This document shows positions 6,418 through 13,163 of a stretch of 16,582 nt of DNA, in pieces. Source of the DNA: an uncultured Gemmatimonadota bacterium (lineage in GTDB: Bacteria; SM23-81); contig CAZOYL010000008.1 in assembly GCA_964584035.1 (NCBI GenBank), positions 1 to 16,582 of the forward strand, written 5' to 3'. How positions within the stretch are numbered: the stretch's first letter is position 1; the number at the start of each line of letters is the position of its first letter. The notes beneath the pieces are model-generated. The model saw only the letters and a list, made by a program, of their open reading frames with translations, did no database searches and was not told the origin of the DNA. Position numbers and translations under genes: made by a program.

Positions 6418-9171
6418 ATGTCTCTGTTGAAAAATAGTGGATCTCGACAGCCGGCACAGGTCGTCATGCTGACGACCAGCCTGATCCTGACCGTTGTCCT
6501 GGCCTCTTCTTCACCGTCCTCCGCCCAGCCGGTCATCAGCGCCGTCACCGCCAATTCCGACACCGTCGGTCTATATGAGAAGCTCGAGCTGACGGTCGAT
6601 CTGACGGCATCATATACCAATCCCTTCGACCCCGGGGACGTCGATCTGCGGGCCGTGTTCACATCGCCCACATTGGAGCGCTGGTCCGTCAACGGCTTCT
6701 GGGACGGAAACGGCTGGAGGATCCGCTTCGCGGCGGGGGACATGGGATCGTGGAATCACACTGTATACCTGGGCGATGGGACGGGGCAGGACAGCACTGA
6801 CGGAAGCTTCGAATGTCGGCCCTCACCCCACCGCGGCTGGCTGCGGGTTTCTCCTGACGACGGTCATTTTTTACAGCACGACGACGGCACGCCCTTTTTC
6901 GGCATCGGCCAGTGCCGCTGCTGGTCTTTGGATGATGTGCCCGGCATCCTCGACGACATGCAGGAGCATGGCATGAACACCCTGGTCTACTGGATGCCCT
7001 CCTGGGACAACGCGCTGGTCACCCTGGCCACCGGGTACGACCAGTATGACATGGATCACGCCGCCGAGATCGACACGGTGGTGAACAGCTGCGAGGCGCA
7101 TGACATCTGCCTGGCGCTGACAATCTGGAACCACGACGAGCTGCGCGGAGCCGGCCACCCCTGGCCGCGGAAATATTTCGACGAGTACAATCCTTTTCAT
7201 GACCTGACCGATGCCACCGGCTTCATGACCGACTCGACATCGTGGGCCTATCAGGAAAAACTCTATCGCTATATCATCGCCCGCTGGGGCTACTCCCGGG
7301 CCATCGGCCTGTGGCACACCGTCTGCGAGATCGACGGGACCACCAATTCCTATAATAACGATGCCGCCACCGATCCCTGGCACATCAAGATCAAGGACTA
7401 TTTCACCGGCAACGATCCCTTCGGTCATCCCGCCACCGCCTCCAAATCGGCCGACGGAAGCGTCTGGAACTGGCCGGCCGGCTTCGGCATCATGGACTGC
7501 CCCCAGGCGCATGTCTATGGCGATGGGGAGGGCATCTCCAGCGCCATCGCCTCCCGGACACAGACTATGTGGTCGGGGTATAACAAACCTAACTTCATCG
7601 GCGAGTTCGGAGCCAGCTACGGCACCGCCCCGACGGTCAAACATCTGCACGACGGCATCTGGGCCGGCCTGGCCGCCGGTGGGGCCATCGCCCCGCTGGA
7701 CTGGAACGACGGCGGCGACTGGGGCGATCTGACCCCGGAGATGTATGACCAGCAACAGAATCTGGCCGACTTCGTATTCGGTTTGCCGATGGCCCGGCTG
7801 AGCCTGAGCCCGCTTTCCTTGTCCATCGATGCGGAATTCAACGCCTGGGGCATGGCCGGCGACCGGGTGGGATACTTTTGGATCCAGGACGCCAGCCCCG
7901 GGGAGATCAACGCCGGCGCCACCCTGACCGTCTCCGGGCTGACCGGGGGCCAGTGGTCCTTCGCTTGGTACGACACCTGGAGCGGAGAATTCCTGCCGGA
8001 TCGGGCGATGGAGGCCGCGGTCGGCGGATCTATCGCCACCATCGTCCCGGACTTCACCGATGATATCGCCTGCCGGTTCCATCGAGCGGGCGAGATCGGG
8101 CAGCGGGTCGTTCACCTGGGTCCCATCGGGGACGTGACCACCTGGCCGGGCACCCCGTATCGGTGGAAGGACATCGCCGATCACATCTACGATCAGAGCT
8201 ATCAGGACACCTTCACCTACGATCAACCGAGGGTCACGGTGGCCTTCGATCCCTATGGCCAGACCTTCCGGGGCACGCTGCAGGGTTACGGGCTCAAACC
8301 CAACTTCGCCTACCAGATGAAACTGGTGGGCAAACCAAACGGCCTGTGGGGCCTGGAGGCCGACGACGAATCCAACGAGCATATCGGGTATCAGGGACGG
8401 TGGTGGCGCGAGCAGCCCGATCCGGGCAACAGCAATGATGCTGATTATGAAGCCCACCAGGATGATTCCAGCTACATCTTCGTCGGCTATCTGTTGTTCG
8501 ACTATTTCGCCACGGACGAATACGGCCATGTGGAGAAGGGCTTCCAGCTCAACGGCAGCTACCACGTGCTGTGGAACACGGTTCTCAATTCACGGGAGCC
8601 CGGCCCCAACGACTCGCCCATCACCGGGCACACAGTTCGGGCCGCGGGATACCATCCGGCTTACGATACAGCTCATGCTCCCGCGGAAGTGGGGCTCTAT
8701 GCCGAGTGGGAGCCCGGCCGGGACCTGCCCGGAGAGGTGACCCTGCCGGCCTGGATGTATCACCTGCAGTTCATCCTCACCGAGGAGAGCTTTCACCAGA
8801 GCGGCATCGGGGGCTACTGGGCCGGAGCCATGGGCTGCGACACACTCCTTTTCAGCATCCCGGATACGGCATCATCGCCGGTTATCACCGCCATTCTCCC
8901 GGACGTCGGATCGATGCATCTCCGCCTGGAGTGGACGGCCGTCCCGGATGCTGTCTTCAACGTCTATCGCGACACCAGCCATGATTTTTTGCCCTCGGTG
9001 CCTCTGGCCACCGGGCTGGTCGGGACGACCTACACCGATACCGCGGCGAACTGGCTGGGCCATTCCGGCCGCAGTTATTATTACGCCGTGACGGCCGTGG
9101 CGGGCGGCAAGGAGTCGTCGCCGTCCGGCCGCGTCGGGGAGTTCGATACGGAATTGTTCAATGTGAACTAG
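6418..9171 (+). CDS. Secreted DUF5060 / clan GH-A (GH5-like) glycoside hydrolase-like protein with an extra unknown domain and a C-terminal FN3-like domain
   Basis: Signal peptide ending SSA-QP. DUF5060-like start (YEKLEL...YTNPFDP...FTSP...GFWDG...WRIRF). TIM-barrel motifs YIIARWGYS, VCEID and FIGEFG. FN3-like tail (LEW...FNVYR...YTD...YYYAVTAV). The true start may be TTG 6427 (GAAGGA at 6413-6418). Confidence 0.8.
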   Translation: MSLLKNSGSRQPAQVVMLTTSLILTVVLASSSPSSAQPVISAVTANSDTVGLYEKLELTVDLTASYTNPFDPGDVDLRAVFTSPTLERWSVNGFWDGNGWRIRFAAGDMGSWNHTVYLGDGTGQDSTDGSFECRPSPHRGWLRVSPDDGHFLQHDDGTPFFGIGQCRCWSLDDVPGILDDMQEHGMNTLVYWMPSWDNALVTLATGYDQYDMDHAAEIDTVVNSCEAHDICLALTIWNHDELRGAGHPWPRKYFDEYNPFHDLTDATGFMTDSTSWAYQEKLYRYIIARWGYSRAIGLWHTVCEIDGTTNSYNNDAATDPWHIKIKDYFTGNDPFGHPATASKSADGSVWNWPAGFGIMDCPQAHVYGDGEGISSAIASRTQTMWSGYNKPNFIGEFGASYGTAPTVKHLHDGIWAGLAAGGAIAPLDWNDGGDWGDLTPEMYDQQQNLADFVFGLPMARLSLSPLSLSIDAEFNAWGMAGDRVGYFWIQDASPGEINAGATLTVSGLTGGQWSFAWYDTWSGEFLPDRAMEAAVGGSIATIVPDFTDDIACRFHRAGEIGQRVVHLGPIGDVTTWPGTPYRWKDIADHIYDQSYQDTFTYDQPRVTVAFDPYGQTFRGTLQGYGLKPNFAYQMKLVGKPNGLWGLEADDESNEHIGYQGRWWREQPDPGNSNDADYEAHQDDSSYIFVGYLLFDYFATDEYGHVEKGFQLNGSYHVLWNTVLNSREPGPNDSPITGHTVRAAGYHPAYDTAHAPAEVGLYAEWEPGRDLPGEVTLPAWMYHLQFILTEESFHQSGIGGYWAGAMGCDTLLFSIPDTASSPVITAILPDVGSMHLRLEWTAVPDAVFNVYRDTSHDFLPSVPLATGLVGTTYTDTAANWLGHSGRSYYYAVTAVAGGKESSPSGRVGEFDTELFNVN

Positions 9172-9273
9172 GAGTGGGATGCCGGCGGCCAGGAAAGCGC
9201 CACCGGGCTGTATTTCTGCCGGATGGAGTGGGAAGCTTTTCGTCAGACAGTCAAAATGATCTTGGTCAGATAA
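9172..9273 (+). pseudogene. Orphan C-terminal half of a FlgD/T9SS-like CTD, in frame after the TAG of the 917-aa gene (relic or readthrough extension)
   Basis: Translates as EWDAGGQESATGLYFCRMEWEAFRQTVKMILVR*, 19/33 identical without gaps to the end of the S8 protease CTD. Confidence 0.85.
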
Positions 9274-9300
9274 CTGAAAGAAGAGAGATGAACGAAAGGG

Positions 9301-9329
9301 AGGGCGCAGCGTGATGCGCTCTTTTTTTT
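9301..9329 (+). terminator. Degenerate third REP-like palindrome with U-tract; probable intrinsic terminator
   Basis: AGGGCGCAGCGTGATGCGCTCT followed by a T run. Confidence 0.6.
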
Positions 9330-9366
9330 ATGTATTCCGTCGGCCGGCTATTTCCGGCGTCGAATT

Positions 9367-9382
9367 GGGTACGTTTTTTGCA
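9367..9382 (+). promoter_or_regulatory. Candidate sigma54 (-24/-12) promoter
   Basis: GGGTACGTTTTTTGCA versus consensus TGGCACG-N4-TTGCW, with exact GG-N10-GC spacing (GG 9368-9369, GC 9380-9381). Confidence 0.45.
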
Positions 9383-9466
9383 ATAGAAATATTCTTTGTG
9401 AGGGAGTTCCGTGAAGAATATCACGGTCATGAGATCGGCAGCGGAAAAAAGTAGGGAATAAATTCC

Positions 9467-9496
9467 TTGACAAAAACATCGAGAATGAGGTAACAT
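9467..9496 (+). promoter_or_regulatory. sigma70-type promoter for the S8 protease gene
   Basis: TTGACA (9467-9472), 18 bp, TAACAT (9491-9496). Confidence 0.6.
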
Positions 9497-9565
9497 TAAA
9501 AGAGGAAGGTTTTTACTCAAGAGCTGTCGCCGCTGAATGGATTTCTCAAACCGGGAGGCCCAAGG

Positions 9566-11533
9566 ATGTCACTCAAGCCCTTCATGATCATTCTGTTGTT
9601 TCTCTCCGTTCTGATCAATGCGCCCCCCTCACGGGCGGTCGAAGAGCCGTTGTATGTCCCCGGCCAGATCATCGTCAAGTTCACCGATGAGGTCGATCTG
9701 ACCACTATGGTCAAGCTGGATGGACCGCCGCTCTTCAATATCGCCTCACTGGATCAAAAGATACGACAGTATGGTGTCCGCCGTGTGCAGCCCCTCTTTG
9801 CGCACAAGACCTCTCAATTGGGCCGTATCTGTCAGATAGACTTCGACCCGGGACAGGATGTCCCGGCCGCGGCCGCCGCCTTCGCCGAGGACCGGCATGT
9901 CATCTATGCCGAGCCGCGCTACATCGACCGGCTCTGCGCCGTTCCCTCCGATCCCGATTATCTGACCGATATGCAGTGGTACCTGGAACAGGTCCAGGCC
10001 CCACAGGCCTGGGATGTGGTCCGGGGCGACAGCTCGGTGATCATCGCCATCGTCGACCAGGGGGTCGACTGGAACCATCCCGATCTGTACGGCAACATGT
10101 GGATCAATCCCGGAGAGGACATCAATGGCGACGGCCAGGTCACCGGCGTCGACTGGAACCTGGTCGATGATGACAGCAACGGGTACGTCGATGACTTCTT
10201 CGGCTGGGACTTCGGGGGGTACGGCTACCCCGACTGGAATCCTATGGAGACTCCGGGTCCCTATGGACCCCATGGGACCCACTGCGCCGGTATCGCTGCG
10301 GCCGTCACCGATAACGCTCTCGGGGTGGCCGGGATGTCATGGAACTGCTCCATCATGGCGGTGAAGGTCACCGAGGACGAGAATCCCGCCGTCTATTACG
10401 GTTACGAGGGCATCCAGTACGCCGCCGACAACGGCGCCGACGTCATCAATGTCAGCTGGGGACGCTCCCTCGGCAATCCCAGCCAGGTTCAGCAGGAGAT
10501 CATCGACAGCGCCTTCGCCCGGGGCTGCATCATCGTGGCCGCCGCCGGCAACGATCCCGGCGTTCTGCCCCCGGACACCTGTGCCCTGTACTATCCGGCC
10601 TGGTACGATCATGTCACCGCCGTGGCCGCCACCGATGCCGATGACTGTATTCTGGACTGGTCCTTTTACGGCTCCTGGGTAGACGTCTGCGCGCCCGGGA
10701 CCAATATCTACAACACCTTCTGGGATGACACCTACGGCACCCGGGAGGGCACCAGCATGGCCACCCCGGTGGTGGCCGGAGCGGCCGGTCTGTTGAAGAC
10801 GTCACAGCCGGACATGAACAGCGACGAGTTCGAGATGCAGATGCGGACCGCCTCCGATGATATTGAAAGTCTCAACCCGGGCTATGAGGGCTGGCTGGGG
10901 GGCGGCCGGCTGAACGCCTACCGGGCGCTGCAGGAGAATGTCGCCGTGGTGCTGGCCGGGTTCCAGGCTGCCGCCGGTCAGGATCACATCCTGTTAAGCT
11001 GGGTCACGGTCTCGGAGACGGACTGTCAGAGCTGGGAGATCTATCGAAGCAGCCGGGAGGGGGGCGAATACATCAAGATGGCCGTGCTCCCCGGCAGGGG
11101 TTCGTCGGAGTATGAGCATCGATATCAATGGACCGACCGACAGGTCACGGCGGGATTGACATACTCCTACAAGCTGAAGCAGGTGGATTTCGACGGCAGC
11201 CTGTGGTGGTCGGATCCGGTGTCTGCCGCCATGGCCGGCGGCGGCGCGGTTCCTGAAAGCTATGCTCTTCGCCAGAACTATCCCAATCCCTTCAACGCCC
11301 ATACCAATATCAGCTATCGTCTTCCGGAGTATGGTCAGGTCACCCTGCAGATTTTCAACATCCGGGGTCAGGAGGTCAGGACCCTGGCCGCCGGCGGGCA
11401 GAATGCCGGATGGCATGAGCTGTCCTGGGATGGCATGGATGCCGGGGGCCGACCGGTGGCCAGCGGGCTGTATTTCTGCCGGATGCGGGCGGGGGGAGAC
11501 AGCCGGACGGTGAAGATGGCGCTGGTCAGATAA
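9566..11533 (+). CDS. S8 family (subtilisin-like) serine peptidase with prodomain, FN3-like domain and FlgD/T9SS-like CTD
   Basis: Catalytic triad IVDQG (D164), HGTH (H236) and GTSMA (S397), plus oxyanion AAAGN. Asp-rich insertion DINGDG...DDDSNGYVDD. CTD QNYPNPFN...KMALVR. GGAGG at 9554-9558. Confidence 0.95.
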   Translation: MSLKPFMIILLFLSVLINAPPSRAVEEPLYVPGQIIVKFTDEVDLTTMVKLDGPPLFNIASLDQKIRQYGVRRVQPLFAHKTSQLGRICQIDFDPGQDVPAAAAAFAEDRHVIYAEPRYIDRLCAVPSDPDYLTDMQWYLEQVQAPQAWDVVRGDSSVIIAIVDQGVDWNHPDLYGNMWINPGEDINGDGQVTGVDWNLVDDDSNGYVDDFFGWDFGGYGYPDWNPMETPGPYGPHGTHCAGIAAAVTDNALGVAGMSWNCSIMAVKVTEDENPAVYYGYEGIQYAADNGADVINVSWGRSLGNPSQVQQEIIDSAFARGCIIVAAAGNDPGVLPPDTCALYYPAWYDHVTAVAATDADDCILDWSFYGSWVDVCAPGTNIYNTFWDDTYGTREGTSMATPVVAGAAGLLKTSQPDMNSDEFEMQMRTASDDIESLNPGYEGWLGGGRLNAYRALQENVAVVLAGFQAAAGQDHILLSWVTVSETDCQSWEIYRSSREGGEYIKMAVLPGRGSSEYEHRYQWTDRQVTAGLTYSYKLKQVDFDGSLWWSDPVSAAMAGGGAVPESYALRQNYPNPFNAHTNISYRLPEYGQVTLQIFNIRGQEVRTLAAGGQNAGWHELSWDGMDAGGRPVASGLYFCRMRAGGDSRTVKMALVR

Positions 11534-11623
11534 ACGGCTCAGATAAATATGGCCGTATGGCGGTGTGCAGCACGATCGCCTCGATCACAGGCACTGTCGT
11601 TGCGCCCCGGCCGAAGGGCACAT

Positions 11624-11659
11624 AAAAAAGCCGCAGGTTATGAACCCGCGGCTTTTTTT
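11624..11659. terminator. Bidirectional intrinsic terminator between convergent genes
   Basis: AAAAAAGCCGCAGGTT-ATG-AACCCGCGGCTTTTTTT. Confidence 0.85.
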
Positions 11660-11680
11660 AAATGAAGGCTGGTGAAAACC

Positions 11681-12922
11681 TCAGGAGGTCTCTTCCTCTC
11701 CACCCTCCGGCTCTTTCTCCTCGGATTTCTTCTTCTTCGGGGGAGGTTCTTTTTCCTTCTTCTCCTCAGCGGCGGGGGCCTCCTGCTCCATCTCTTCCTC
11801 CGCCGGAGTTTCCTCAAACTCCTCGAACTCCTCGAGATCCTCCTCCTCGTCCTCCCGTTCCAGCAGGTTCTCGTCGTCCTTACGCTTTCTGATGATCAGG
11901 TAGATGATGGTCTGGCCGGCGCTCCAGGTGGCCATGCCGTAAGACAGCACCAGGCCGAAGATGATCAGAAGAAAGATGCCCAGGATGACGACGGCCGCCG
12001 ATTCGGCTCCGTGAAGCTCCATGCGAGGCATCCGGTAGATCGAGATCAGGGCCAGCTTTCCGGTCCACCAGCCCTTGTCCCACAGGGACCAGAGGCTCAT
12101 CCTGGTGGGCAGCCAGTCGATGGCGGCCACGGCGATGTTGTGCAATTTGGGCCCCATGGTCCAGCCCATGATCACGTAACCGGCCTTCAACGCCCAGTAG
12201 CTGAACAGGCCGAATACATAGACGGCGGCCACCACCAGACCGCCCAGTAAAACGTTATAGATCACGAACCGCCAGGTCTGGCTCCAGATGCTGGAGAAAA
12301 ATTGGATCATGGTCTCGAAGGAGTCCTCCCGTGCCGTGGCCACGATGGCCGGGCCCATGATCATGCCCACCGAGAAAACCACGCCCAGGAAAACCAGGAA
12401 CAGCGCCGCCCCCCAGATGGGAATGGTGAAGACGGCCACCAGGAGTTCTCCCAGGAAGGGGATTTTGCCGATCAGTCCGGCGATGATGCCGCAGACGACC
12501 AGAAAGGCCATGATGATGATGATCATGATGGGAGAGATGATGATGGCCTTCCAATTCTTTTTGATGAACTCGATCGATTCCCGGGCGGTGTAGAAATCAT
12601 CGCCCTTGAGCTGCTGGTAAGTGATTTTGGCGGAGGCGGTGCTGTACATCAGCCACATGATCACCCAGAAAATGATGCCGGCGATGTAGATGATCCAACC
12701 CGGCCAGGACAGCACCCCGGGCACGACCGCGGGAAACAGCCGGTATGTCGCCCAGGTCGCCCCCAGGCCGATGCCGCTGAGCAGCAGTGCGACATAGGCG
12801 AGGATGAAATACCCCACATATCCCAGCAGAAAGCCCCAGAATTGCAGCAGGATCTTCTTGCCGCTGAACCCGTACCGGGCAGCTCGAAAGACGTCCCGGA
12901 AATCGAAATACAATTTCATCAT
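11681..12922 (-). CDS. Polytopic integral membrane protein of unknown function with an acidic/charged C-terminal tail
   Basis: About 7-8 hydrophobic segments, then RKRKDDENLLEREDEEEDLEEFEE...KKKK. SD-like AAAGGGGGG upstream of ATG ATG (start 12922 or 12919). Confidence 0.85.
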   Translation of the reverse strand: MMKLYFDFRDVFRAARYGFSGKKILLQFWGFLLGYVGYFILAYVALLLSGIGLGATWATYRLFPAVVPGVLSWPGWIIYIAGIIFWVIMWLMYSTASAKITYQQLKGDDFYTARESIEFIKKNWKAIIISPIMIIIIMAFLVVCGIIAGLIGKIPFLGELLVAVFTIPIWGAALFLVFLGVVFSVGMIMGPAIVATAREDSFETMIQFFSSIWSQTWRFVIYNVLLGGLVVAAVYVFGLFSYWALKAGYVIMGWTMGPKLHNIAVAAIDWLPTRMSLWSLWDKGWWTGKLALISIYRMPRMELHGAESAAVVILGIFLLIIFGLVLSYGMATWSAGQTIIYLIIRKRKDDENLLEREDEEEDLEEFEEFEETPAEEEMEQEAPAAEEKKEKEPPPKKKKSEEKEPEGGEEETS

Positions 12923-12982
12923 CGGACCCCCCTTTCTGAATGAAAAGACCTCAGAGATTCAAGTGTGGCTGGTCGTGACGAA

Positions 12983-13011
12983 ATTCTAACGCTTTTTTCA
13001 GTCGCTGTCAA
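12983..13011 (-). promoter_or_regulatory. sigma70-type promoter for the minus-strand membrane protein
   Basis: On the minus strand: TTGACA (13011-13006), 17 bp, TAGAAT (12988-12983). Confidence 0.8.
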
Positions 13012-13063
13012 CAAAAAAATTGCCTCAAGGCGTAAAATTCGAGAGGGAAGGGACAGAATTTAA

Positions 13064-13091
13064 TTGACAACGAGGAATAAAATGATATTAT
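13064..13091 (+). promoter_or_regulatory. sigma70-type promoter for the NSS transporter (divergent)
   Basis: TTGACA (13064-13069), 16 bp, TATTAT (13086-13091), with an extended -10 TG at 13083-13084. Confidence 0.65.
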
Positions 13092-13163
13092 GCATATCGA
13101 TAGCTTGTCCGGAAATCTCTGGTCGCATCGTCTGCCGATCGTCTTTGCCGGAAGGAGGTCTCT

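Noticed and set aside
6398..6430. Upstream mini-ORF MSNNREGCLC* overlapping the 917-aa gene start
   Set aside because: Poor SD spacing and nothing meaningful on reading through the TGA; probably chance.
9172..9273. Orphan CTD fragment as a DGR template repeat
   Set aside because: Mismatches to the 6135-6236 and 11432-11533 copies are not confined to adenines, and there is no reverse transcriptase in the window.
4044..9322. Palindromes as CRISPR repeats or integron attC sites
   Set aside because: They are kilobases apart and non-identical, have no spacers, lack RYYYAAC/GTTRRRY ends, and no cas or integrase gene is present.
13092..13163. Riboswitch or T-box ahead of the amino-acid transporter
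   Set aside because: The leader is only about 65 nt with no SAM, glycine, lysine or T-box consensus; only a weak TCCGG/CCGGA stem.
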